Part shown: one piece after another, positions 23,114 to 35,561 of the stretch
Layout: each line of letters starts with the position of its first letter
How positions within the stretch are numbered: position 1 is the stretch's first letter
Assembly (NCBI GenBank): GCA_010093605.1
Contig: MU004182.1
Coordinates: 1,521,032 to 1,585,031 of the forward strand
Length of the DNA: 64,000 bases
Source of the DNA: Lophium mytilinum
Taxonomy: Eukaryota
Reading direction: 5' to 3'
Made by a program: the position numbers and the translations under genes
Notes under the pieces: model-generated
What the model was told of the DNA's origin: nothing
What the model saw: the letters and a program-made list of their open reading frames with translations, nothing else
The model's database searches: none

Positions 23114-24496
23114 ATGGCCTTTGACATCAGCGATACCACCATTGGTTGTCTGAACAACCTGCCTTCAGAAATACTTCTGTGTATTACCGAACAGCTTGGT
23201 CCCAACGACCTCCGCAACCTGCGGCTCGTCTCGCGCAAAATTAAACCTGCCGCGACTACCGTCTTATTTCGAACTCTTTCGGTTACGACTGATCGCCGAG
23301 GGTTCCCAGAGCTACCAATCCGCAACGTGGAACACGAGCATGAGTTAGCAAAGTTGGTTCGAGAGCTTCGTTTCGATCTCGCAGAGTCTGAGTTGTGGCG
23401 ACATCCACCCAACAGAATTCTTATAACTCGTGATATGCTCTTCCAGTCGATCCGAAACACGCCTTCTTTCCTCAACTTTCCCAATTGCAAGAAACTCACT
23501 ATCTGCGCCACCAATGCCAGTGATAAGAGCCTGTATCCTGATGTCTTTGTGCTTCCCTTCTTCTTGGCCACGCTATTCTCCGAGCTCCGACACCAGCAGC
23601 CTCAGATCCTCGTGGAGAGTCTCGACATCCACAATCTCGTGCACGACGTTTCTCGCCATTCCCTTTGGAGGGAGTCAAGCGACCACATATTGAGAAACCT
23701 GAAGCATCTCAGGCTCGAAATTTGGTCCCGACCCTCTCGGGAATTCGAAACTCGCAGGACTATGACACTCCTTCCGAGCGTCTGGCTACACCCCTGTCGC
23801 CACCAGCTCCGCCACTTATCGTTGAGCTGCAACGTTTATTATGGCTACATACCTAAGCTTGACCTTCGAGGAGTGCATTTTCCTTGTCTAAGGACGCTGG
23901 CATTTCGACGGTACATTTTCTCTGACAAATGGCAACTGGACTGGCTCGTTTCACATTCAGACACACTTTCTGAGCTATACATTGCTGATAGTGGGATTCT
24001 GTCGTTCACTACTGGCAAGCTGCTCCTGGACGACGAGTTCTACCCAAAATACAGTCTCTACGACTTAGAGGTAGGTCCTGAAACAATATACGTCATTAGA
24101 GGTCTGTCATGGGGTCACATATTCGATACCATAGGGAGCAAAATGTCGTTACGGCGCTTTGTCTTTGGCGAGGTGGTTGAGACCCTGCATCCCTACGAGG
24201 ATCGATGGGAAGAGCTCATCAAGACGACATGGGAATCCCCGGGCTACGTGACGGTAACGGATGCTCTCACAGAGCGGTTCGAGAAGCGGTACCAGCCATG
24301 GCCAAGGAAAGATGATAAGGACCCGTTTCCGGACTGGGAGACTCGGGGGAAAGATGACCGGGAGGCTCTGGTGAAGTTGGTTGAGGAAGTGGAAGGATAC
24401 CTAGTCGCCTGGGTAGAGAGTTCGTTGCTCAGTCAGAAAGTGCTTGAGCAAGCTCAGACTTTACACTTAGCTGAGTCTTCTACTTCAGAATCATAA
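23114..24496 (+). CDS. F-box protein with LRR-like C-terminal region
   Basis: LNNLPSEILLCITEQLGPNDLRNLRLVSR F-box motif, followed by LxxLxL repeats (LKHLRL, LRHLSL, LRTLAF). Confidence 0.82.
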   Translation: MAFDISDTTIGCLNNLPSEILLCITEQLGPNDLRNLRLVSRKIKPAATTVLFRTLSVTTDRRGFPELPIRNVEHEHELAKLVRELRFDLAESELWRHPPNRILITRDMLFQSIRNTPSFLNFPNCKKLTICATNASDKSLYPDVFVLPFFLATLFSELRHQQPQILVESLDIHNLVHDVSRHSLWRESSDHILRNLKHLRLEIWSRPSREFETRRTMTLLPSVWLHPCRHQLRHLSLSCNVYYGYIPKLDLRGVHFPCLRTLAFRRYIFSDKWQLDWLVSHSDTLSELYIADSGILSFTTGKLLLDDEFYPKYSLYDLEVGPETIYVIRGLSWGHIFDTIGSKMSLRRFVFGEVVETLHPYEDRWEELIKTTWESPGYVTVTDALTERFEKRYQPWPRKDDKDPFPDWETRGKDDREALVKLVEEVEGYLVAWVESSLLSQKVLEQAQTLHLAESSTSES

Positions 24497-24908
24497 GAGA
24501 CGGATCGATCAAGAACTTGACTATGGCTTCTGGGAAGATCATCGTAAGTGGCCATAAGATTCTCAGGCAGCTACTTGTGCAGTCATTCTACGTCAATTGT
24601 TCATGGATATCCTCAATTTGGGTTTACGCACGACGACTCACCATAGAAATCCGTACACTCGTTTACCACTGTTTAAGTTGTCCTTCAGTATTTTAAGCGT
24701 TCTGAATGGGGAACTTGCACAGCATTTTAAACTACTAGCAAACTCACGAGGCTACTCCAGACAGTGTCAACATGGTGTACAGATTAATAGTGTATCCGCT
24801 GTCTCCGGTTTCGTTAGTACGCCAGGCCCCCCTTCAAACAATGGTAGGGAAGTGTACGGATATCTTTGGCAAGGCACTGTACTTCCACATCTCACCTTTT
24901 CATCCTCT

Positions 24909-27117
24909 TCACAACTTCACATTCCCGCCCTTAATCGCAGCAAGTTCATACACCCCAAACCTCTCATACACCCTCTGACCGTTTCTTTCAACAAGCCAAA
25001 ACAGCACGTCCCCGCTCTGCTCCACATCGCCCACCTCAATGCCCTCAGCCTGAAACTCCGTCTTCTGATGCTTATTCGTCCCCGTCGTCTGCAGCTCCGT
25101 CGTAAACCTCAAAAACAGCGGAATCGAATACTTGGGCAACGACTTCCCCAAATGCCCTGCTAATGCCACCAACGCATACGGCCTCGGCATCCACCCCTTC
25201 TCCGTCTTCTCATGATGACTATCATCCAGCACGACCGCCGCGCAGCCCGCTCTGCCATCATGATTCGGCACCTTGACCCCAAACACAGCCGCCTCTTTCA
25301 CGACATTCCCCGGACACAGCCCCAGCGCCTGCGCAACCTCAGCCGTCGACACATTCTCCGACTTCCACCGGAACGTATCCCCAATCCGATCCACAAACCA
25401 CCACCTATTCTCCCGATCCCACCGCACCAGATCCCCAGTGCTGAAATACGCATCCCCCTTCCTCTTCACGTCTCTCAGAACCTTCGACCCCGTCGCGCCC
25501 TTGTTGCCGAAATACCCCTGGAACTTCGCCTTGATGTTCGCGGGGTCGAGCTTATATGCCAGCTCGCCAGGCTCGTCCCAGCCCGCTATTACGCACAACC
25601 CAGTCTTGGGATCGCGTAACGGTGCTGGTGGGTCCGTCTCGGGGTCGATTTTGATAACCGCGAGACCCGGCCCCATGAGCATAGTCGCGAGCGTGCCGTT
25701 GCGACCGATAGCGCCGGAGGAGAAGCCGTTCGTGCTTTTGTTGAACATGCCGCTGGGGCCCTCGGTGGCGGCGTAGAACTCGCAGATGGTGGGGATGTTG
25801 AAGCGGGCTTTGAAGGACTCCCAGACGTCTGGGCGCAGGCCGTTGCCGTAGGCGAGACGCACGCGGTGGGCTCGGTCGGTGGGGCGGGGCGGGGCCGAGA
25901 GGAGATAGCGGCAAGTTTCGCCGACGTAGTGGATGATAGTGGCGTTGGTGGCGAGGATCGAGGGCCAGAAGGTGTGGTGGGAGAAGCGGCGGTCGAGGGA
26001 GAGGGTGCAGCCGCGCGTGAGGATGCTGAGGGTGGCGAGGAGGGAGGCGGAGGAGTGGTAGAGGGGCATGCACTGGAGGGGTCAGGATTTGGGAACAGTT
26101 TTACACTGTAGTGGAATCAAGGGAAAGGTATTTCAGGTTTGAGGAGCACTGAGATGGAACAGAATTTTCTGAGATGGGCGTTCTCTTTCTGACTGAACTT
26201 TATACTCGCAGAGATTTATGATTGAAGAAAGTTTGAAGAATAAAAGACTATAACGCACTGTGTATAGTATGTCGTCCTTCTTTAGGGGTAGCCAGCCAGC
26301 AATGAAGCGGCTGCCCAGTCGAGCCTTCGACCAGCTCACTATAGCCGGCTTCGGGAGTCCTGTAGTCCCACTCGTATATATCAGAATAGCCATATCGTGC
26401 ATCTCCTGTCCGGACCTCGCCTCATCAGGTTCTCTCACAGCCTCACCGCTCTCAATAGCCGCCTCCAGCTCCGGTGTGAAGAAGACTAGCTCTACATCGC
26501 CTTTCCCGTCCCGGAAGTTCGGATTCGCCAATTCAGCGGTAACTGCTTCTGTAAACTCCTTCTTTGTCTCCGCATCGGCAAGGACGAGTCTCGACGAGGA
26601 AGTGCGGATCGAATGAAGCAGCGGCTTTCCCGTCAAATTATAGTTGATGAACGCAGGCTTGGCACCAATGCTCCACAGCCCGAACCACATCCAGATAAAC
26701 ACTTCCGAGTTTACAAAGTCCATCGCAACGACCTCATTCTTTTGCACGCCCTTCTCTCGCTTTAGCCACGACCCGTATTTCAGGACCAGTTCGTATGCCT
26801 CGCCGTACGTCCATGACTTGCCGTTCCAGAGGAGGAGGGGATGTGTGGATTTGGAGGATTTGGCGTGACCTTCGAGTATGTAGAAGAGGGTTGAGTGGTC
26901 TTTGGCAGCGACTAGGCGCTGCTCGATCCCGCTATGAATGTAGGTGGATAGAAGGTCCCAGTCGTAGATCAGGCCGATGCGCGCGTTGAGATAGGCGGCT
27001 GTGGCAGCAACAGCTGGAATGGCTACGGGGAGGGCTAATGGAGGTTCTTGGTCAGCGATGACTGTACATTGGAGGGTGGTATGAGGACTCGAGTAGATGG
27101 TGTGACTTACCAGCCAT
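24909..27117 (-). CDS. FAT1: Fatty acid transport protein / very-long-chain acyl-CoA synthetase (FATP family)
   Basis: AMP-binding motif IYTSGTTGLPK; YVGETCRYL; EFYAATEG; DRIGDTFRWKSENVST FATP signature. Introns 27110-27035 and 26258-26073. C-terminal VKL is PTS1-like. Confidence 0.92.
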
Positions 27118-28126
27118 AATATCCTACTCGGTGTGGAAATAGACTAGAATTACAATGAGTACAAGGACACAGAAGCTAGCATGAGCATAGAAAACATGAA
27201 TCAACAATGCTGCATCTAAATCGTAAAGATTTCATGGTGTAGGAAGCCTGGCAACGCCCAAAGACGTCTGTATGCATAGCTGGTCGGGGCGCTGAGTATC
27301 AGCAGAGAATCGGCCATATCGATGGCGGACAATGCCGAGGCACAGTGGGGCTGGCAAGGGTGTTGAATGTGGGGAAAAGTGACATGAAAAACCTTCTCAT
27401 GCTGTGCCTACTCAGTTTGAGGCAAGTGGGTGATTTGGATGATGGCTCATGATGAGGAGGTAGGAGTTAGGTGTTTGTAGGTTGCGTTATGCGCAGGGTC
27501 ATTAATTACAGTCAGTAAGCTTTCAGGCGTCTAGAACAGCTACCCCAGCTTCATGCTGATATGAATCAAGGGCATGACTTCTGCTGATCTGTTTCGCGTA
27601 TGGTCTTCATTAGAGGTCTTCTAGGATATGTGCAATGTGATGGGGGAATGAAGGTATTTCACAATCACGTGATAGACGGATCTAAATGCCGCTTCTCCTT
27701 GAACTCCTGTTCCTAGACAGTATTTATACTACTGTTCATGATGATACTTGTATTAGAAGAGATACTTGCTATCACTGAGTGTATTGGTGTCCAAGGTAGA
27801 GACAGTGCATATTCACGTGATAGTTCTACTTGATAGAGTCGGTGAGCCGCCCCATTCATCCCTCACAAACTTAGCAAAGACTTTACCTTACTTCCCTATC
27901 ATTCGCAACGGCTCCTATCCAGGTATTAGCTATCTTAGAAGGAGCGATCCTCCGTTTTCAACATCGTGTGTGTAGAATAGGGGCCTAGATTAACCCGAAC
28001 AGGACTTTTTAGTGCTTGGTGCCTAGGGAGACATTAGGATCCCAAGCCGCTAGACCCCAATTTAAAGGTCTATCCGCCCTCTTAGCCATACATCCCGCTT
28101 GCACCTCCTCATCACCATTAGCAAGC

Positions 28127-29548
28127 ATGCCCGTCCTTCTCGATCTCCCGAACGAATTGCTTCTCTCAATCTTCTCATTTGTCGACATAGACGATCTCGT
28201 AAGCTTCGCCGTCACGTGTAGACATATTCACGCCGTGGGCGAAGGTCCACTTCGAGAGCACAAGGCCCTTCAAGATAAATACCACACAGTCACTTGCGCC
28301 AATCAGGATGACTGTGCCAGCTGGAACCTCTTGTACGATGTCATACTGGATCCTCTTGTGGAGCTCTACGCCCGAGAGCTTGATTTTGCCGCAGAGAGGA
28401 AAATGGATTGGGACACGCACGAAGAATGGTGCCAAGTAGCCATGGAGCAGTCAAAAAGACTACCTGACCCGGACTGGCGCGACCTTCTTCTACGTAGGAA
28501 CGATGACCAAATTATCGAGCGTCTACTTCTAAGCTTTCCACGTCTTCGGAAATTGCATTATGTTCCCCACCGATGGAACAGTTCGCCCTTCGACACCGTA
28601 ATGAAAGCGGCGACGGGTTACAAGAGGGCTGAGTTAGGAATGCTCCCATTGGGCCACCTTGTTTTTCAACATTTGACCACCGTCTCATTCGCACATTGGG
28701 ATACCGAAGGGTCCGTCAGTTTTCAGTGGTTACTATACTTTTCCCGAATCCCCTCTGTGCGCACGGTCAACGGCCATATGGTCGGTTATGAGACGTCTAG
28801 GGAGGAAGCGGCATACTTTGCTGATAACCTCCTTCAATCCAACGCCACAAGCCTCACGATGTCGTTCAGCTGTGTTGGAATAGACGCTTTCAGGTCAATG
28901 ATAATGGGTATGCCTAAGCTCCGTAGTTTCGCTTATGACTACGCTGGGCCATCCGTGGATGACTACGACTTCGACGCCAAAGCCATGATCAACATACTTT
29001 CAGAATATACGAAAGAATCGCTGGAATCGCTCCAGCTCTTCGATGGCTCAGACTATGGATACGACGTAGGCCCGCCTCTACAATCTTTTGAAATCGTAAT
29101 TTCTGATAGCTTCTAGGAACAAGAAACTCCCCGAGTGTCGCTGACTGAGTTCAAACAGCTCCGCACACTCGCCACAGACTGGGACGCGCTACTCCCAGAC
29201 CCCGACGAGGACGCAGATACCATCCTCGACGATGCAGAGCTGTCGCAAGGGTTCTTCAAAGAAGACGAAAATGTACCTGCATCACCTGAGATCGCCGGCT
29301 TATTGCCATCGAGCCTTGAAGAGCTAAGCCTACGTAATTGTAGAGAGGACTGGTTTCGAGTACTAACAAGCTTGTGCGAGCAAAAGGAGGAGAATTGCCC
29401 CAAACTACGAAAAATAAACTTCATGGACCATCGGGGAGAGTTCGGTGCTGCGAAGGAGGCAAAAGTAGCTGATTTCAAGGAGTTAGCGAAGAAGTTCGGG
29501 GTAGAGGTGGAAAGGAGGAGGCTAATTGGTTTTATTGAGGGATGCTAG
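28127..29548 (+). CDS. F-box protein with LRR-like region
   Basis: MPVLLDLPNELLLSIFSFVDIDDLVSFAVTCR F-box. Intron 29066-29116 joins the two track ORFs in frame. Later motifs LRSFAY, SLTEFKQLRTL and LLPSSLEELSL. Confidence 0.82.
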
Positions 29549-29778
29549 AGCCGCTTCCAGAAGTGGTTCCGTGATCTCTGATCAGATTAAGGTTAGAACG
29601 TCTTTAGTATCAATTCTAGATGAGAATGACCATATCGGTACGTATCGGCGGTAATGTGAAGTTCGGGCGAGCAGATTTAGGGCAACTCCGTTCCTCCTTG
29701 GGACTACTACCAGACAAGACGCTACGTAACACTCATTAGCTATGAAGATCACGTCTTTATGCTAGACGTGATTTCTCC

Positions 29779-30931
29779 TCAGTCATAAGCGTCCTCAAGC
29801 TCCTCCTGATACTCTTCTTGAGCCTCCTCCAGCGCCTCCTGATCACTACTACTAGCGTCCGAATCCGCCGCCTTCTCCTGCGCTTCCTGTAACTCCTCTC
29901 TCGCTTCTTTAAGCGATTCTGCGTCACTGCTCGATATGGAGCCTGTCGGGGCAATGGGAGCAACATATGGGGCTGGAGTAAACACCGGAGCGGCAGCTGG
30001 AGCACCGTATGGTGCTGCAGCATATGGCGCAGCAGCATGTCCGTGTTCGTCATCTGAGGAATCGGAGTCGTGGAGAGCGGCGACGGCAAGACCGCCAACG
30101 AGAAGTCCACCGGCGCCAGCAGCAATGTATTTACCATTACCGTCCCTTTTCTTCTCGTTCTTGTCTTTATCTTTACTCTTGTCTTTCTCTTTACCCTCCT
30201 TGTCGCCAGCTGTACGTAAATTTAGTAGGCGCGTTTGAAGGGCTTTAGTTGAAGTGATGCCTAAGATTCGACTTACCGTATCCTCCATGCTCATCATGCC
30301 CGCCCCCGTGCGCATCATATGCTCCATAAGCCCCAGCAGGGGCTCCATAGGCAGCGGGTGCGCCATTGGCAGCGGTAGGTGCACCATGGGCATCGTACCC
30401 GCCAACATAAGCCGGTGCGCCGGGGCCTCCAAAACCTTTCTGGCCTTCGTAGCCCGGTGGACCTCCAGGAGGGGGTGGGTATGCACTATAGGTCGATGCC
30501 GGTGGAGGTGGGGAGAACATCGGAGGATCCCACTGTGTGCGACCGGTAGCTACCTCGACGTAGAACCAGCGCTGGCTGCTCTGGTCAAATTGAGCAGTCC
30601 ATCCCGGAGGGAGTGGAGGCGTGTTCGACGCATGGACAGGAGGAGGAGCAGAGTATGCCCCCGGCTGGCCGTATGGTCCGGGTTGTTGTTGGCCGTACGG
30701 TCCGGGCTGCTGTTGCCCATAGGGGTCGTAACTTGGCTCGCCTGAAGAATGAAATGGTAAGTAAGGCTGTTCATGGATAATTGTTCTTAGAAAGAGAAGA
30801 GACACACCTCGCTGTTCCTGGGGTTGCTCAGGATGATCTTCTTTTTTCTTCTCCTCTTTATCTTTGTCCTTGTCGGCAAACGACCCTTTTAGCTCCTCAA
30901 ACTCTTTAGTAAGCCTTTTGAAGAAAGACAT
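29779..30931 (-). CDS. WW-domain protein (Wwm1-like architecture)
   Basis: WW domain PPLPPGWTAQFDQSSQRWFYVEVATGRTQWDPP; Q/P/G/Y-rich repeats; glycine-zipper-like AGAGGLLVGGLAVAAL; acidic tail. Introns 30807-30742 and 30276-30210. Confidence 0.85.
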
Positions 30932-32004
30932 ATCTTGATAAGTGAAGGAGGCCCGATCTCTAAGGAAAGGAGAATACACCAGCCTCTTTTATATTCGTGG
31001 CTGTACCCTATAAAAAATATGGCGGGGCACAGCGAGCACAGCCACGGAATATAGACCTACTTCTCGCACACTTGTTGTCTGGGCACCTGGGCATACTTAG
31101 CTTGTGCCGTTATCCGTCTTGGCTGTTACGATATCAGCTGAAGTAGCCTGAATATTGGCTGCGGTCACGAAGACTAGTTTCTTGGCCGCAGAAAGAGATG
31201 TTGTTCGTGTAACTAGTGCGTCATGGGCTACGTGATGTTGTTTGTTTACGGAGTAGGATAGAAGCATGCTACGGATGCTGAGTCGGTATAATTCGCGCTA
31301 GGCTTGCTAGGTTCCCCAAGTCCTGAACCAGAGATTGTAGAGAAACAATGGCAAGCCAAAAGCACAGTGGACTTCGAGAAACGAGGGGCATCTCATCGTG
31401 GGGCTGCGCTGCATGGAAACCGCGCGCTAATGTACATGCTCGGAACGGGTAGGGCAGGCTTGCCGCTTAAGTGGAGTTCTCTAGACCTGATGCCGTAACC
31501 GCTGGCGTGAACGGAGAAAGAGTTGGAAATCCAAGCTATCGACATCGCTCTTCTCGTCGTTAAGCTCCATACAGGTAGGCTGCTAACCTGTCATGAGTAA
31601 CATGCCAAGACGAGCTTACGAGTCCTTTGACTCTTCTGCAGGTGGGCGGTAATTGAGACAGGAGGGCCAGCCCTTCATCAGGATACAGCGCATGAAGCTG
31701 AGAAAAGCTGAAACAAGCTGAAGAACGAGGAAGAAGACGAAACAACCTGTTCAGAGAGATGATAGAAGTACGCGTCAGTTTCGGCGAAGCTAGCTGGTTC
31801 CTAAGTCTGCTGAAGGGGAGAAAAGAGCGTTAAGCTGGGGTGGTCTTTGTTCACAGGACGTAGACGAGAAAGATCATAAGGAGAGCTCGCCTCCGTTAGT
31901 ACAACCGGATGTTTATAATAGGTACGTACCCACGCGGCTAACAGAAAAACGCGTACACCGAAAAAGCGCCGCGACCACCAAATGCAACAACCATTATAAT
32001 TATA

Positions 32005-33220
32005 TAAGTGTAGCACTACTTTTAAATGCCTAGAAGCATATAGATATTACTAAAATTTATATTTACTAATAAGCTATTATTTTTCTATCTAAATTAATTA
32101 CTGCTTGCAGCCTTTCTAGTATAGATTCTACTTACTTATTAATAAATCTTATTAATACCTTATTCTATTCTTTTTAGGCTAATTCTCTTATTATACTCTT
32201 ATTTTAATAGGGGAACTTCCTAATATACTACTTTAGGGGCTGCTAGTAGTTCTTAATAGGGGCTAGATCTAAAGAAGAGTAAATATTAAAGTAGTACTTT
32301 AGCCTATTCTATTCTTTCTAGGTTTAAATAATATTACTTTTATCTATACTATAGCTACTATCTCTATTCTCTTCTAGAATAAAGTTATTACCTCTCTAAA
32401 GCTAGAGCTTTATAAAAGGCTTTAAGATCTAGTCCTAGTATATCTTAAGAGTTATCTTTCTATTTAAATTTAAGGGGATATTATAGAATAAGAGTAGGCT
32501 CTTAAAGTTATAGCTAATAGCTATCTAAGAATATAGCTATTTCTATATATTCTCTATCTACTAATTATTTTATTCTTAAATATAATTAGAATAATAGCGC
32601 TTTTCTAGTTTTCTAATAATTTATATCTTACCTATAAAGTATAAGAAATAGATATAGAAAGAAGAGGTAAATATACCTTATAGTTTAATACTCTAATATA
32701 CTTTATTAGAGAAGTAAACTCTATACTAATTACTAGGCTCTAGATACTTCCTAAGTATATACTCTATCTATTTCTTTTAGTTTTTTCTAGTTCTTTTATT
32801 TATCTAGCCTTTCTAGTAGATAATATACTTATAATAGTTTATAGCCCCTATTATATACTATACTATTTAGCTAGAATAAAGAGAGCTATTTAGATACTTA
32901 TAACTAGCCTTAAAAGCTAGCTATTTCTAAGTAAATACTTTTACCTTAAAGCCTTCCTTATAAATAATACCCTCTAGTAGCCTTAATTTACTCTTTCTAA
33001 TAATAGGCTTTCTCTCTCTATTCTCTTCTACCTCTAGGTTATTATAGTATCTTTTTAGGTTATCTTTTAGTATATTCTATCCTCTTATATAGCCTACTTA
33101 AAAATAGTAAAAGATAGCCTTATTTTTATCTATAATTCCCTTTACTTTATTATAGAAAACAGCCTCTTAAATATAGACCTTAGTTAGTATCTTAAAATTA
33201 GATAGGCTAGGTAGGCTAGA
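32005..33220 (-). mobile_element. Tc1-like (DD37E) DNA transposon relic; 3' TIR end and most of the transposase, interrupted by Gypsy A
   Basis: The minus-strand frame, after reversing C>T/G>A changes, reads RGRKPII...VRFSDEVH...RKPGERYC..C...NSNGKMT...LEEDGDSGHG...SPDLAPIENCW...SMPERLQAVI...Y* (stop 32066-32068). Probable end TA|TAAGTGTAGCACTACTTTTAAATGC at ~32005; the exact end is inferred from one side only. Confidence 0.85.
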
Positions 33221-33441
33221 TATTATAGTATAATATAGAATTATAATAGAAAACTAATAGTATTAAGTATATAATAAAGTAGCTATAAAAAGAGAGAGTA
33301 GGGCGTAGAGCATTAGCTAAGAGGTAGGTAAGGCTAGCGCTAAGTAAGGTTAGATAATAGTAGTATGTAATAGAAAGCTATATAATACTATTATCTATAA
33401 TAGAAATATATTATAATAAGAATTATATTATAGCTATAATA
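33221..33441 (-). repeat. 3' LTR of Gypsy A (221 bp)
   Basis: TATTATAG...CTATAATA ends (RIP form of TG...CA). Adjacent to the polypurine tract. Homologous to the LTR at 47723-47942 in opposite orientation. Confidence 0.85.
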
Positions 33442-35382
33442 CTACCCTTCTTTAAAAGAAAGCTATATATATATAGCCTTTCTATTTTAGTATATATACT
33501 TACTATAGTTTCTTTTAGTCTTATAATTATATAGAGGGTTATTATTCTTCTAGATTATAGTAGATACTTACTAAGCCTTAGATATAAGGTTAGTAATATA
33601 GTTAATCTTATATATACTACTAAGCTTTATTATACAGTTTATATAGTACAGCGTTATCTAATTTATATAAATTAGTAATAGCTTAGCCGGCTAGTACTAG
33701 TTAAGTTAGTAAGATAGAGAATAGGTATTATCTATAGAGCGTTATTATAATTAGAGTAAGTAGCGGCTTCTAATATTTAGGCTTTTAGAAGGACTTATAA
33801 AATTCTTTTACTTTTAGATAGGCGTAGTAATAGTCTATAATAATATTATAGTAGTTAGTAATACTAGTATAAAACTTCTATTAAGAATTAGTATTCTATT
33901 TAGAGTAACTAGTATAGAGAATCTTATACTAAAGTAGGCCTTTTTATTTAGTAGCTAGGTTAAGTATAGCGTTATTAATATATAAGTCTATAATCTTATT
34001 AATATTCTATTACTTATAGCCTTCTTTATTAATCTTAATAGGTCTAGGTTTCTTCTAGATTTATTCTTTTAATAGCTTATATATAATGTAATAAAGTAGC
34101 TATAGATAGAAGATATTAAATACTCCCTTTATAGTATATAGAAGAGATAGTTAGTAGGTAGTATTATTAATAACCTTAGTAACTTTAAATAGACTAAGTT
34201 ATTTATAATTAAGAGATTTATTTAGGCGTTAGGTTTTAATATTACGCGCGTTAAGTATAACTTAATTACTAACTTTAAATTCTATAGCTAGTTTTCTTTT
34301 ATAGTTAGTAAACTCTACCTACCTAGCTTATACCTATATTAATTTATCTTAAAGAAAGAGGTAGAGGTTATTTAGTTACTTAGCGAGCGCGTTAGCTTTC
34401 TCTTTAAGGGGCTTCTATAGCCCTTTAACTATAGAGTTATCTACTAGCTTAAGACTAGAGTAAGAATTATATTCTTTTATAGTAATAAAGGGGGACATAC
34501 TAGTAGTTATTTTATCTAAATTAGCTTTAAACTTAGTAATAGATAGAAGATTAGCCTAGTTATCTTATTTATAGTTAATATAGGCGCGTAGATACTATTT
34601 AAGTGCTATATTTATAATTTTAGTCTAACTATCTATCTCTAGATAGAAAGTAGTAGAGAGTTTTAGCTTTATTTCTACTCTAGTATATAGCCGCTTTTAA
34701 AAGTAGAATATAAATTATAGTCTATAGTTAGAAATAATAGAGTATAGATATTCTTCTTCTTACTAAATCTATTTAATAAACGCCTAGGTAATATCTTTAG
34801 CTTCTATAGAGTCTATAGCTATAAACTTTCTCTTCTTTAAGAACTAATTAACTACTACTATAATATATTCTAGATTATAACCCTATTATTTATAGATTAG
34901 TAGGGGAGTAATAAAGTTAACTAAAATATAGTACTAGTATTAGTCTAGAATAGATAGAGGGTAGAGTAGGCCTTACTTACCTTTATATAAGTACTTTAAT
35001 CTTTTATAGGCTAGATATACACTAATATATTAGTCTATAGAGAATATTATTTAGGGCTAATAATAGTATTTATAAAGCTATATATAAGTTAATATTATTC
35101 TAGTATATTTTATAGGCTTAGGCTTATATATAGATTATATAATATAAGTATATAGTTATTTAATATCTAGAATATAAAGCCGCTTATAGATATAGAGAAG
35201 GTTATCTACTACTTTATAATTACCTAGCTCTATCTATAGGTAATAGTCTTAATAGAACTACGCAGGTAATTATTACTAGTTGCGTTATTTAGTATACTTA
35301 ATAGCCTAAATAATAGAGTTACTTTTAAAGTACTTCTAGACCCTTTAAAGAATCTAATTACTAGTAAGAATAGTTACTTTAT

Positions 35383-35561
35383 TATTATAGTTATATATAT
35401 TAGTAATACTTATATAGAGCTTATAGAGAACTATATATAATATATAGTATATATATATTAGCTATATAAGTATAGCTCTTAGTTAGTGCCGTTCTTAAGA
35501 TGGCGCTATAGCTCTAGCCTAATAGAATACCTTTTACCTCTATATCTTACTTCTTATAATA
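35383..35561 (+). repeat. 5' LTR of Gypsy B
   Basis: Colinear with 43085-43263; the differences seen are transitions. Confidence 0.93.

Noticed and set aside
24597..26111. Long plus-strand ORFs opposite FAT1 (similar shadows opposite cip1, patatin and the WW gene)
   Set aside because: Antisense shadows produced by GC-rich codon usage of the real genes.
27661..27822. TCACGTGA E-box palindromes between divergent FAT1 and F-box genes (also near 4748)
   Set aside because: Short motifs with no conservation or binding evidence available; not callable as regulatory sites.
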